From an uncultured Acidobacteriaceae bacterium (GTDB lineage: Bacteria; Acidobacteriota; Terriglobia; Terriglobales; Acidobacteriaceae), in contig CAVONC010000028.1 in the NCBI GenBank assembly GCA_963697175.1, positions 19,718-83,717 of the forward strand: DNA of 64,000 nucleotides, written 5' to 3'. Positions 24,147-34,034 of this stretch are shown one piece after another. The first letter of the stretch is position 1; every line of letters starts with the position of its first letter. The notes beneath the pieces were generated by a model that was given only the letters and a program-made list of their open reading frames with translations, did not search any database and had not been told where the DNA came from. The translations under genes and the position numbers were made by a program.

Positions 24147-26440
24147 GGTGCGAAATAGCCGGAGATGTCAAGAATCAGGTGCGTCAGGCCCTGCGCCCAG
24201 GCGTCGATAGAGCCGTTCGTTGCCGGCACGACAGCCATATTCGAGGTGATGAAGCCATCGTAGGCATTGAGCGTGGAGGCCACTGGTTGTTGTTGCCCGT
24301 CCGGCCACAATGTGAGATACGGCATCTGCCCCGGCGGCACAACGGTTGCGTTGAAGATGTAGGCCTGCGCTGCGCTCGGAGGAGCACAAACGCTGTTGAC
24401 TACATTCACCGTCTTCTCGCCTTGGAATGGAGAACCATTGTTATTACGCGTATCCAGCACGCGGCAGGGAGGAGCGGGATACATGGACAGGCCGTTCTGG
24501 CCCGGCGGAGCGAAGTAGCCGTTGATGTCCATAATCAAATCGGTGCTGTTATAGCCATAGACATCGATGTCGCCGCCCAGCGCTGCCGGCACGATGGCCG
24601 CATTAGCGACCACGGTTGCCGTCGGATTGTTTAGCGTCGACACCGTGGGCTGGGTTTGGCCGCTGGGCCACACCGTCAAGTAGCCGAGTGGTTGCCCCGC
24701 AGGATAGGGCACCGCTGTGACGTTGAACGAATATGCTTGCGGGTTGGTGATGCCCTTCAGGCATGGACTGTTCAGGATGGGCAGATTACGCCGCTGCTGC
24801 GTCTGCAGCGATGGCGGACCCAGTCCTTGCGGCTGGTTCGATCCCGCGCGCGTGTCAACCACGCGGCACGGCGTCAGCGGATAGAACTGAAGGCTCTGCG
24901 AGGTCGGGGGAGCGAAGTAGCCATCGATGTCAAGGATGAGATCGGTAGTGTCGGTGGCGTAGACGCTGACGCCGCTATCGAAGCCCGAGGGCACGATAGC
25001 GGCATTGGCCTTGATGCGGCCGTCCGGCGAATTCATGGTCGAAACGGTCGGCTGGTCTTCTCCGGTCGGCCAGATCGTTAAATAGCCGAGCGGCCCATGT
25101 GGAACGACCGTGACGTTGAGCGAGAACGCCGTCGAACTGATCGGAATCCCGCAGCTTCCCAGTTGCGTAATTGGGTAGTTCTGCGACGTGCCGCCCTGGA
25201 TCGGGTTACCCGTTTGCCGCGTGTCGACGAGGCGGCAGGGGGTGACCGGAACGAACTGCCAGGCGCCGAAGTTGGCGAACTGAAATGCCACCAGGTTGGT
25301 GCCTGCAGGAACCAGTAGCATGCCGTTCCCCGCACTAAGACCCGCCAACGGAACGCTGAAGTACTCTGAGCAGCCGATACCCGCGCCGACGTTGGTGGAA
25401 AAGACCGTGCTGCCGTTGGTAGCCGAGAATCCGTAGAGTTCGCCGGCACTGGTCCCGGCGTAAACCACTCCATTCACCACAATGGGAGAACAGGAGTAGC
25501 TGTCTCCACTCTGGGGCAATGCAGTCCAGAGCGTTTGCGAAGTCGAAAGCTTAACGGCGGTAAGCGACCCGGTCTCGGTATAGAAGGCGGTTCCTTGCCA
25601 GAACGCCGGCGAATATTTGCTGTTGAACCCGCCCGAATAAAGACCGTTGCTCGCGTTGAGGGTGATGCCATCGGTCGAAAAGTCGTAAAGATCGCGAACG
25701 TAGACCTGATCCTGATACACAGCGACACTCTCTCCGCCGCCGCCTTCACACTGACCGCTGTAATGCCAAATTGGCTGTCCGCTGGTGGGATTGAACTTGT
25801 ACGTCTGCGGGCAAGCGTAGGAAACATACACACCGTCGGAAGTGACAGCGGGAGCGGAGGAGTCGCCGTTCTCAACGCCCTGCGTCCATAGCAGTGTTCC
25901 ATCAGACTCGCGCAGCGCGTACACCGTTCCACCAGAGCCCGCTCCACCGGTGTAAACGATGCCGTTGAATGCGGTTGGGGCCGAAGTGAAATGGTATTGG
26001 CCTGGCAGAGGCGCGGCCCAAACCTGGTGTCCATCGACGGCGGAAAAGGCGAACATCGCTCCGTTGTCCCCCGTGGTGAGAGCGGGGACGGCGAATAGAA
26101 GGCCGTTATCATAGGCCGCACCCACCCAGGCGGTATAGCCCGACGGCACCGGTTGTGACCAGAGGATGTGTCCGGTGCCGGCGTCCAGGGCGTACAGGCC
26201 GGAGTTGTCGTATCCGGCGGTGACGAAGATCCTGGTACCCACAATGATCGGATAGGAGACGTTTGCTCCAAGACTGGTGGACCACTTCAGAGATAGCGGC
26301 GGGTCCATGCTGGGGAAGTACAGTGCGCCCTGATGATCGGGAGTAATCTGGAAGCCGAGAGACCCTTGCCCGAAAGCAAATGGAGCTACAGCCAGCACGC
26401 AAGAGACTACAAGAAGCTGAAAGTGGCGTTGAAGCTTCAC
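24143..26440 (-). CDS. secreted protein: PQQ-like beta-propeller repeats + three tandem ~115-aa PCR(V/L)xDTR...GYFAP domains
   Basis: GTG 26440 has an AAGGAG motif 6 nt upstream and encodes a signal peptide (LLVVSCVLAVAPFAFGQ). Repeats such as GHILWSQPVP, DGHQVWAAPLP and DGTLLWTQGV are beta-propeller blades. The C-terminal half holds three paralogous domains. Confidence 0.7.
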   Translation of the reverse strand: MKLQRHFQLLVVSCVLAVAPFAFGQGSLGFQITPDHQGALYFPSMDPPLSLKWSTSLGANVSYPIIVGTRIFVTAGYDNSGLYALDAGTGHILWSQPVPSGYTAWVGAAYDNGLLFAVPALTTGDNGAMFAFSAVDGHQVWAAPLPGQYHFTSAPTAFNGIVYTGGAGSGGTVYALRESDGTLLWTQGVENGDSSAPAVTSDGVYVSYACPQTYKFNPTSGQPIWHYSGQCEGGGGESVAVYQDQVYVRDLYDFSTDGITLNASNGLYSGGFNSKYSPAFWQGTAFYTETGSLTAVKLSTSQTLWTALPQSGDSYSCSPIVVNGVVYAGTSAGELYGFSATNGSTVFSTNVGAGIGCSEYFSVPLAGLSAGNGMLLVPAGTNLVAFQFANFGAWQFVPVTPCRLVDTRQTGNPIQGGTSQNYPITQLGSCGIPISSTAFSLNVTVVPHGPLGYLTIWPTGEDQPTVSTMNSPDGRIKANAAIVPSGFDSGVSVYATDTTDLILDIDGYFAPPTSQSLQFYPLTPCRVVDTRAGSNQPQGLGPPSLQTQQRRNLPILNSPCLKGITNPQAYSFNVTAVPYPAGQPLGYLTVWPSGQTQPTVSTLNNPTATVVANAAIVPAALGGDIDVYGYNSTDLIMDINGYFAPPGQNGLSMYPAPPCRVLDTRNNNGSPFQGEKTVNVVNSVCAPPSAAQAYIFNATVVPPGQMPYLTLWPDGQQQPVASTLNAYDGFITSNMAVVPATNGSIDAWAQGLTHLILDISGYFAP

Positions 26441-26764
26441 ACCGTTCTCCTTCAAACCACAGGGTAGTGCGACGCAACGGCAGGTTAGCAAGCCTCAACC
26501 TGCTGCGTCACTGGATTCACTACCGGCCAGAAAAATCCATAGTACAGCCGTGGCATCGTGGTTGAGCCCTTTTTTTGAAATGCATTCCTGATTCCGGCGC
26601 TGCCACAGGTAGGTTTATGCCAGGAGTCCCCATCCCTGCTCAGTGCCCGAGAGATGGCGACGTCCGCCCGTTTGTTCCTAAATTGGGAAACGCGCGCGTT
26701 TCGGGTCGAGAATCCTAGTGTCCCCGCCCGCTTCGGCATAGCATTTAAGTCGGAGATATTTGCC

Positions 26765-27394
26765 ATGCTGGCATTGTCAAAGATGTTGCTGGTAACCGCG
26801 ATGGCGGCTGCCTTTTTTTCGCTTTCTGGCTGCTCGCAGCCCTTGGGTACTGATATAACCACTGTGAAAGCGAGCGAGCCCGCTGCACCTGAACCAGTCA
26901 CAGCCAAGACGGCTTATTTGGCGATGTACAAGTCCGCCTATAAGTGGTCCCCCGACGTCGTCTTGCTGCGGCTTAACTCCGACGAAAAATCCGGATTCAC
27001 ATTTAATGCCGGTAAAGCCGGACTCTGGGAGGCAACGTTTGCTTCACTGAGTAAACACGAATGCCGGACCTTCACCTATGCGATCGCCGCACATTCGCCG
27101 GACATTTACAAAGGCGTAACCGTCGGCAACGGGATACAGTGGGTCGGAGCAACCCGCGACGTCATGCCGATCCCGGCGGCTGACTTCACGGTCGATTCCG
27201 ATGCGGCCTACAACACGGCAGCAGCGGACGCCGCCCCGTGGATCAAGAAGAATCCGGACAAGAAGGTCGCCACCTTCCAGCTGGGGAATGGCTACAGCTT
27301 TCCAAGCCCGGTCTGGTATGTGGTGTGGGGCGACAAGAAATCAGGCTATGTCGCTTATGTGAATGCCACCACCGGCAAGGTGATGAAGAAGTAG
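26765..27394 (+). CDS. hypothetical lipoprotein
   Basis: ATG 26765 gives MLALSKMLLVTAMAAAFFSLSGC, a lipobox (LSGC). I recognise no family. Confidence 0.55.
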   Translation: MLALSKMLLVTAMAAAFFSLSGCSQPLGTDITTVKASEPAAPEPVTAKTAYLAMYKSAYKWSPDVVLLRLNSDEKSGFTFNAGKAGLWEATFASLSKHECRTFTYAIAAHSPDIYKGVTVGNGIQWVGATRDVMPIPAADFTVDSDAAYNTAAADAAPWIKKNPDKKVATFQLGNGYSFPSPVWYVVWGDKKSGYVAYVNATTGKVMKK

Positions 27395-27493
27395 TCCTCC
27401 AGCGAACGCGATGGACAAAGCTGCGTACCAGGCGCGGCTATGGGGAGCGGTGCACTGTGCCAGGGGCGCTGTGCCCAGCCCTTATGCCGGCGC

Positions 27494-29584
27494 TTACCAC
27501 ACCTTGCATACCTTGTCGGCGGGCTTCACCATTGCCGAGCCGGGCTTGCAACTGAACGCCGCGCCGAACTCCGGCATGTTTACCACCACGCCGTTGATGC
27601 GGTACTTTGCCGGCGAATGCGGATCGGTTATGGAGCGCGCACGCAGGTCCTCAGGCCGGTCGTTCTCACAGGCCCACTGTGCGAAGCCGACGAAGTAGCG
27701 CTGATCGGGAGTGAGCCCATCGCGATCCGTTAACTGCATGCTCTTGTCGGCATCCTTCCAGGCGATGTAGGCGAGGATGGTCCCACCGAGGTCGGCTATG
27801 TCTTCGCCCTCGGTCAGCTTCGAATTAATGCGGATGTCGTCGACAATAACGTACTTCGCGTACTGATCGACTACGCAGCTGGCATGTTTGTTGAACTGCA
27901 CCGCATCCTGCGTCGTCCACCAATCCTTCAGGTTGCCCTTGGCGTCGAATTGGCGGCCTTCATCGTCGAAGCCGTGGGTCAGCTCATGACCGATGGTCGA
28001 ACCAGTATTGCCGTAGTTGGGCGCGTCGTCCATTTTGGCGTCATACAGCGGCGGCTGGAGAACACCGGCAGGGAAGTTGATGTCGTTCATCTGGCCGTTG
28101 TAGTAGGCATTGACGGTCGGCGGTGTCATGCCCCATTCGGTGCGATCGGTGGGCTTTCCGACTTTATTGAACTCGCGGTGACTCTCAAAGACGGTGGCCC
28201 GCTCGACGTTGCCGAAGAAGTCGTCACCCACAATCTCGACCGAGCTGTAGTCGCGCCACTTGTCCGGATAACCGATCTTGTTGCGGATGGAATGGAGCTT
28301 GTTTATCGCCTGCTGCTTGGTCGCCGGGCTCATCCAATCCAACTGCTGGATGCGCAGGGCCATCGCGTCTTCGATCTCCTGCGTCATCTTCAGGGTCGCT
28401 GATTTCAGCTCGGGCGGAAAGGTCCGGCGAACGTACTCCTGTCCCAGGGCTTCGCCCAGCTGATCGTCAACGTACTCGACGCAGCGCTTCCAGCGTGGCT
28501 GCAGCTCTTTAGCGCCGTGCAGATATTTTCGATAGAACTCGAAATTCTGGTTGACGAAGGCGGCGGAAAGATACGGCGCTCGCGAGTTAACCAGATGGAA
28601 GCGCAGGTAGACCTTCCAGTCTTCCAGCGGAACCGAGGAGAGTTGGGCACTCATAGTCTTAAAGAAGTCGGGGGACTCGACGTTGAGGATGTCGAACGGA
28701 GGCACCTGACTGGCGGAGAAATATGCCGTCCAATCGAGATTGGGAGCCAGCTTCTCCAGTTCACCGACCTTCATTTTGTGGGTGACCTTGTACGGGTCAC
28801 GACGGTCAACCCGAGTGAGGGAAGCCTTCGCCAGCACGGTCTCGATGCGCATTACCGTCGCAGCTTCCTTCTTGGCGACATCCGGCGAATCGCCAAGCAG
28901 TTCGAACATCTTCTGCACGTGTTGCAGATAGCGTTGGCGGATTTCCTTCGACTTGGGATCGTCCTTGGTGTAGTAATCGCGATCCGGCAGCCCCAGACCA
29001 CCCTGGTTGATGCCGACGATCATCGCATCGGAGTTGTCGGAGTCCTGTTGCGAGCCGCTATCGAAGAGCATGGAGTCGCCGGCAAGGTGCAGGCGGGCAA
29101 CCAGAGGAGCCATCTCGCGCACGTTTTGTAATCCCTGGATCTCAACGATATCCGGAACCAGGGGTTTGACGCCGCGCTTGTCGACCGCGTCCTCGTTCAT
29201 GCAAGCGGCGTAATAGTCGCCGATCTTCTGGGTGACGGCTGCCCGGTCCTTGGCCGCGGCCGCCTGCTCCAGGATGGCGCGCAGATAGGCGAGATTGTCT
29301 TCATACAGCTTGCCGTAAACGCTCCACGAGGTCTGGTCAGGCGGGATAGGGTTATTCTTTAGCCAACCGCCGCAGGAGTACGTATAGAAATCGCCGCACG
29401 GGTCCACAGAGCGGTCCATGGCCTTAGTGTCGAGGCTGGGCGTGTAGGGCAGAACCGGCTCGACGTACATTTCGGTTTTCGGCGGGTTCGACCCCGAAGT
29501 GGAGGTTTGAGGACTGGATTGCTGGGCAACGGCTACAACGGCGAACAGTAAGGAAGCGGTGCAGATAAGTGGTCGAAGGGGCAT
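27494..29584 (-). CDS. M13-family zinc metallopeptidase (neprilysin/PepO-like)
   Basis: The start is ATG 29584, followed by a signal peptide. It has the motif HELTHGFDDEGRQFD (HExxH), NAYY, GEDIADLGG and the C-terminal ...CKVW typical of M13. Confidence 0.9.
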   Translation of the reverse strand: MPLRPLICTASLLFAVVAVAQQSSPQTSTSGSNPPKTEMYVEPVLPYTPSLDTKAMDRSVDPCGDFYTYSCGGWLKNNPIPPDQTSWSVYGKLYEDNLAYLRAILEQAAAAKDRAAVTQKIGDYYAACMNEDAVDKRGVKPLVPDIVEIQGLQNVREMAPLVARLHLAGDSMLFDSGSQQDSDNSDAMIVGINQGGLGLPDRDYYTKDDPKSKEIRQRYLQHVQKMFELLGDSPDVAKKEAATVMRIETVLAKASLTRVDRRDPYKVTHKMKVGELEKLAPNLDWTAYFSASQVPPFDILNVESPDFFKTMSAQLSSVPLEDWKVYLRFHLVNSRAPYLSAAFVNQNFEFYRKYLHGAKELQPRWKRCVEYVDDQLGEALGQEYVRRTFPPELKSATLKMTQEIEDAMALRIQQLDWMSPATKQQAINKLHSIRNKIGYPDKWRDYSSVEIVGDDFFGNVERATVFESHREFNKVGKPTDRTEWGMTPPTVNAYYNGQMNDINFPAGVLQPPLYDAKMDDAPNYGNTGSTIGHELTHGFDDEGRQFDAKGNLKDWWTTQDAVQFNKHASCVVDQYAKYVIVDDIRINSKLTEGEDIADLGGTILAYIAWKDADKSMQLTDRDGLTPDQRYFVGFAQWACENDRPEDLRARSITDPHSPAKYRINGVVVNMPEFGAAFSCKPGSAMVKPADKVCKVW

Positions 29585-29894
29585 GATTGCACTCCAAGGG
29601 AAGGATGAGGATAGCAGAGGCAGGTGTAGCACGGAAAAACACCTGGGACGAACGGCAGAACTTCCGAAAACGGGAAGGGTTCTTCCCGAAGTCAGCCGAG
29701 GGCCGGATCCCAGCAAAAAAGAGTTTGCATTTAGTAATGATTCAGTTACTCTGCTACCCTATACGCGCTATGCGGTCGCCCAAAGTACGTGATCTGACGA
29801 GCCGCCGGATACAGCGAAAGGCTTCTGTCAGTTTGGCGGTCCGATCCCCGGAATAGCGTCTAAACCAGCTTCTGTCGAATCAACAAGGAGATCC

Positions 29895-32096
29895 ATGCGA
29901 GGGGTAAAGCCTTTCCTGTATTTGTTTTTGGGATGTCTGGTGTGTGCAATTTTAAGCGGCTGCGCCGGCAGCGTGCCGCAGAATGGTCCCAGCCAGTTGG
30001 TCATCTCGCAGGTTGGCCTGGCCGAAGGAGTCCCCGGCTTAGCGTATAAGCAGTTACTGATCGCCACAGGGGGCCAGACGCCTTACACCTGGACCGTGAG
30101 CGCCGGATCTTTGCCGCCGGGTTTGAGCCTGACTACCGACGGAGTCATCAGCGGCACGCCTACGACGACAGGAACTTTTAGCTTCACCGCACAGGTCATA
30201 GATTCGCAGGCCCCCACCAAGGCCGGGGCCACGCAAGGTTTCATGATTACGATTAATCCTCCGCTGTCGCTGTCTTCAGTAGCGTTGGCCAGCGGCTTCG
30301 TGGGAGGGTCTTATGGGCAGTCGATCGTTGCTGCCAACGGTGTCCAGCCCTACGCCTATGAAGTGGCTTATGGTAGCTTGCCTCCTTGTGCGCCGACTCC
30401 ACCTTGTACCAATGGGGTGATGACCCTGACCACGAATCCCCCGCCCATGGGCGGAGGGGCGAACAATGCCACGATTGCCACGCCGGTGAAGGCAGCACTC
30501 AGCGAGGCGGGCACCTTTAATTTCACCATTCAGGCGACCGATGCGCTGGGAGAGGTTGCTACGGCTACCTTCAGCATTACGGTTACTGGCAGGTTGCAAG
30601 GGAATTACTCTTTCAGCTTCAATGGCTTCGAGGAGAATCCTCCAAGCAGCGGTCAGTATCAACCGGTATATCTGGCCGGCAGTTTTATGGCTGATGGCAA
30701 CGGCAACATCCTCAGCGGCGTGATGGATCAAGCCGGTCCTGGCTCGGCGTCTTTCCCCGATGTCGCCCTTAAGCCGTCAAAGTACAACATTCCCACCGGC
30801 AGCAATATCGCCAGCATCAATCTGACCTCCACGTTGGGCACCTATGGACTCGCCGCGGGGCTGTCCACCAACAACGATTCCTCGTTCATCATCACCAACT
30901 CGACCTTCTGGGGCTCCGGTCTGTTGAAGAAGCAGACGACCTTCTCGTTACCGGCGAACATCTCCAGCTACGCCTTTGGTCTCTTCGGTAACGACTCGAG
31001 CGGGCTCCGTTACGCCGGAGCGGGCATGTTCACGCTAAACTCACTGAACATCACAGCTGGTGCGGAGGACACCAATGACGGCGGAACTCCATCCGGGGAA
31101 CTTCCGATTACCAGCGGCACTCTGGGGAGTCCGAATGGCAACACCGGACGTGGAACGTTGACGCTGAACGTCAATGGCCAGGCTTACAACTATGCCTACT
31201 ACACCACGGTCTCGACCACGAATGAGTTAGTTGCAGTCGAGATCGATAACGGCGGCCCACAGACGATGGTTACGCTGTTGCCGCAGGAAGCGGGTGGTAT
31301 CACCGGGAGTTTCTCGAATAACAGTCTGACCTGCAAGGGCCCGGGGGCGTGTGTGGTAATCCAACAGGCGGGGCTCAATTCGTCTGGCCCGGATGCTTCG
31401 ATTGGTGTGGCGACCTTCGATGGCAATGGCAATATCACACGGACGGGCATCGATAGTCTGCCCGGCTACTTTACCGACGAAAACAACGCCGGGACAGCTT
31501 CGCAGAACAGCTACGACGGCACCTACAGTGTGGATTCGACCTGCGGAAGCATCGCCAGCGCCTGCGGCCGAGTGACGGTTACCCTGACCTCAAACGGCCA
31601 ACCCATCCAGTATCAGCCGATCTGGTATCTGGTCACCAAGAACCAGGGGTTCACTCTGGGTACTGATCCGGCGGTTAGCTCGGGACAGTTCTCCGCGCAG
31701 TCGGGCGCTCCCTATCAGCTGCTGTCGTTGCTTGGCTCGTTCCTGGGCGGGACGATCAATCCGACGTCGCAAAGCGTGACCAACGAAACCGACGTGGCTG
31801 GAACTCCGCCGCCTGGTGGAATCTGGGCCGTCATTTATGACTCAAATGGACCACCACCAGGTTTGAAGGTGAACCAGAAGTTCAATGGTCCGTATGTATT
31901 CGATCCTACCTATGGAAAGCCCTTCGGCAGGTTTGAAGTTACGACCACCAAGGGTCAACTGGTGAGCGTGCTGTATGTCGTAAGTACAGGGTCGGCGGGC
32001 GTCACTGGCAGCCAGGCGGGCCTGGTCGGTTTGAACGTGGGACAGTACAACGGCACGCCGGATCCGAATCCGCGGGTCTCGCAATACGGGCGCTAG
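29895..32096 (+). CDS. large lipoprotein with putative Ig-like (He_PIG/cadherin-like) repeats
   Basis: The lipobox is LVCAILSGC. LPPGLSLTTDGVISGTPTTTGTFSFTAQVIDS is the putative-Ig-domain motif. The rest is a Gly/Thr/Ser-rich beta protein. Confidence 0.6.
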   Translation: MRGVKPFLYLFLGCLVCAILSGCAGSVPQNGPSQLVISQVGLAEGVPGLAYKQLLIATGGQTPYTWTVSAGSLPPGLSLTTDGVISGTPTTTGTFSFTAQVIDSQAPTKAGATQGFMITINPPLSLSSVALASGFVGGSYGQSIVAANGVQPYAYEVAYGSLPPCAPTPPCTNGVMTLTTNPPPMGGGANNATIATPVKAALSEAGTFNFTIQATDALGEVATATFSITVTGRLQGNYSFSFNGFEENPPSSGQYQPVYLAGSFMADGNGNILSGVMDQAGPGSASFPDVALKPSKYNIPTGSNIASINLTSTLGTYGLAAGLSTNNDSSFIITNSTFWGSGLLKKQTTFSLPANISSYAFGLFGNDSSGLRYAGAGMFTLNSLNITAGAEDTNDGGTPSGELPITSGTLGSPNGNTGRGTLTLNVNGQAYNYAYYTTVSTTNELVAVEIDNGGPQTMVTLLPQEAGGITGSFSNNSLTCKGPGACVVIQQAGLNSSGPDASIGVATFDGNGNITRTGIDSLPGYFTDENNAGTASQNSYDGTYSVDSTCGSIASACGRVTVTLTSNGQPIQYQPIWYLVTKNQGFTLGTDPAVSSGQFSAQSGAPYQLLSLLGSFLGGTINPTSQSVTNETDVAGTPPPGGIWAVIYDSNGPPPGLKVNQKFNGPYVFDPTYGKPFGRFEVTTTKGQLVSVLYVVSTGSAGVTGSQAGLVGLNVGQYNGTPDPNPRVSQYGR

Positions 32097-32120
32097 GACA
32101 GAACTCACAGCGTTCAACCA

Positions 32121-32151
32121 GGCCGGTACTATTCAGGTACCGGCCTTTTTT
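32121..32151 (+). terminator. rho-independent terminator after the large lipoprotein gene
   Basis: The stem is ggccggtac / gtaccggcc, the loop is tattcag, and it is followed by tttttt. Confidence 0.8.
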
Positions 32152-32409
32152 CATGCGGGCACTGGACTGATGGGGACGCAGCCAGGCTTCGACGGAGCCC
32201 GGTTAATCTACGGGAGAGGTTGAGCGGAAGCGCCAAATAACGTCAGATACCACTAATTAGCGATGCATTTTAGTTCCCATGTTGTACAATAAGCCTGCGT
32301 ATGTTCGAACGGCGTGTCTAGCAGCCATCCCTCCTATGTTTCGAGCGATTTCTGCCTGTAACCTTCCGATTCAAAAACGCAACATCAATTAAGGACATTC
32401 AAGACACAA

Positions 32410-32610
32410 ATGGAACAAGGAACAGTAAAGTGGTTCAATGATGCCAAAGGCTTTGGTTTTATCTCACGTCAGAACGGCGAAGACGTCTTCGTGCACTTTT
32501 CGGCGATTCAGTCGAACGGTTTCCGCTCGCTGCAGGAAGGCCAGGCCGTTAGCTTCGACGTAAAGCGTGGCGCCAAAGGTTGGCAGGCTGAGAACGTTCA
32601 GGTTCTGTAA
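32410..32610 (+). CDS. cspA: cold-shock protein (CspA family)
   Basis: 66 aa. [15 protein letters not shown] is RNP1 and DVFVHFS is RNP2. A long upstream leader precedes the gene. Confidence 0.95.
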   Translation: MEQGTVKWFNDAKGFGFISRQNGEDVFVHFSAIQSNGFRSLQEGQAVSFDVKRGAKGWQAENVQVL

Positions 32611-32773
32611 CTGAAGTATTAAAGCGAGGGCGGCAGTAGTCGCCCTCCGCTATTTCCGGCGATGAGAAGTCTGTTGAGTCTTCGGTCGTAAACACCCCAA
32701 TTTCGGGCCGCCCTGGGCCGCCAATTTGGATCGGCGGCAAACGGCCCAATCTGAAAGTTAAAGTGAGGAAGCA

Positions 32774-33115
32774 ATGAAGAATATCTACGTGGGGAACCTG
32801 AGTTTCAACGCGACTGAAGACCAGGTGCGCGGGCTTTTCGAAGCGTATGGCCCAGTCGACAGGGTTAGCATTGTGACAGATCGCGATACCGGGCAGTCAC
32901 GCGGCTTCGCGTTTGTCGAAATGTCGGACGACGACGCGGCCCAGAAAGCGATGGAAGCGCTGAACGGCAGCCCCATGGGTGGCCGCAATCTGACCGTAAA
33001 CGAGGCGCGGCCGAAAGCGGATCGTCCTCGCCACGAGGGCGGAGGCGGCGGACGCGGTGGTCGCGGCGGCCGCGGCGGTGGTGGTGGCGGCGGCGGCGGC
33101 TGGGGACGGTACTAG
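32774..33115 (+). CDS. RRM-type RNA-binding protein with Gly/Arg-rich tail
   Basis: IYVGNLSF is RNP2 and RGFAFVEM is RNP1. The C-terminal tail is GGGGRGGRGGRGGGGGGGGGWGRY. Confidence 0.9.
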   Translation: MKNIYVGNLSFNATEDQVRGLFEAYGPVDRVSIVTDRDTGQSRGFAFVEMSDDDAAQKAMEALNGSPMGGRNLTVNEARPKADRPRHEGGGGGRGGRGGRGGGGGGGGGWGRY

Positions 33116-33141
33116 TTCGACAATCAGAATCTAAGAATCAT

Positions 33142-33182
33142 GCCGGGGCAGCTTGTGAAAGCTGCTCCGGTATTTGTGTTTG
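33142..33182 (+). terminator. rho-independent terminator after the RRM protein gene
   Basis: The 11-bp stem ccggggcagct / agctgctccgg has one G-U pair. The loop is tgtgaa and a T-rich tail (tatttgtgtttg) follows. Confidence 0.7.
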
Positions 33183-33245
33183 CGGAATCAAAACCACCCC
33201 CAATCGCAACTCTGATACGCTGGTGCGGCATTCTTCCTGCGACCA

Positions 33246-34013
33246 ATGCCTGGCGACTCCGACATTGCCATCGAATTTGCCGGCGCCGGCTTTCGCTTGC
33301 CGGATGGTAAGACACTCCTGTCCGATCTGAATCTCGCGGTGCAACGTGGCGAGACCCTGACGCTGGTGGGTCGCAGCGGATCGGGTAAAACCACCTCACT
33401 CAAACTCATTAACCGACTGCTGACGGCTACCTCGGGCCGAGTCCGCGTCGATGGCAAGCCCGTCGGCGAGTGGGACACGATTACTCTCCGTCGCGGCATC
33501 GGCTACGCCATTCAGGATGTCGGCCTCTTTCCCCATTACACCGTCTTCGAAAACGTGGCACTGGTGCCGAAGCTCGAGCGATGGGAGCCGAAGAGAATTG
33601 CGGCGCGCGTCGAAGAGGTGTTGGCGCTGGTAGGACTGCCGGTCGCCGAGTTCGCATCGCGATATCCCAATGAGCTTTCCGGCGGCCAGCGGCAGCGAGT
33701 TGGATTGGCCCGTGCGCTGGCGGCTGATCCGCCCATCCTTCTTATGGACGAACCTTTTGGCGCGCTCGATCCCATCACGCGAGCCGACCTGCGCACCGAA
33801 TTCAAGCGCCTGCAGCAAAAGCTGGGCAAGACGGTCGTCTTTGTAACCCACGACGTGGGTGAGGCGTTGCAATTGGGCAATCGCATTGCGCTGCTGGAAC
33901 AAGGCACGCTGCGCGGAGTGTATCGGCCGGAGGAATTCTTGGCGACGACGGATGCATCCGTGAAGGCGTATGTGGACGTCTTTCGCGCCGGACAGCAGAT
34001 GTTTCTGAACTAA
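33246..34013 (+). CDS. ABC transporter ATP-binding protein (osmoprotectant/glycine-betaine-choline type)
   Basis: Walker A is GRSGSGKTT, the signature motif is LSGGQRQRV, and Walker B is LLMDEPFGALD. Confidence 0.85.
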   Translation: MPGDSDIAIEFAGAGFRLPDGKTLLSDLNLAVQRGETLTLVGRSGSGKTTSLKLINRLLTATSGRVRVDGKPVGEWDTITLRRGIGYAIQDVGLFPHYTVFENVALVPKLERWEPKRIAARVEEVLALVGLPVAEFASRYPNELSGGQRQRVGLARALAADPPILLMDEPFGALDPITRADLRTEFKRLQQKLGKTVVFVTHDVGEALQLGNRIALLEQGTLRGVYRPEEFLATTDASVKAYVDVFRAGQQMFLN

Positions 34014-34034
34014 TTCTAGTGGTGAGTAGAAGTC

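Noticed and set aside
24143-26440. Calling the propeller protein a PQQ-dependent dehydrogenase
   Set aside because: I recognise only generic PQQ-like/BamB-like blade repeats (…W…P patterns). I could not identify catalytic or PQQ-binding residues, and half the protein is an unrelated triple-repeat region.
32990-33115. The GGC/GGT-rich tract as a non-coding microsatellite
   Set aside because: It is in frame with the RRM protein and encodes a typical Gly/Arg-rich tail that ends in a proper stop followed by a terminator.
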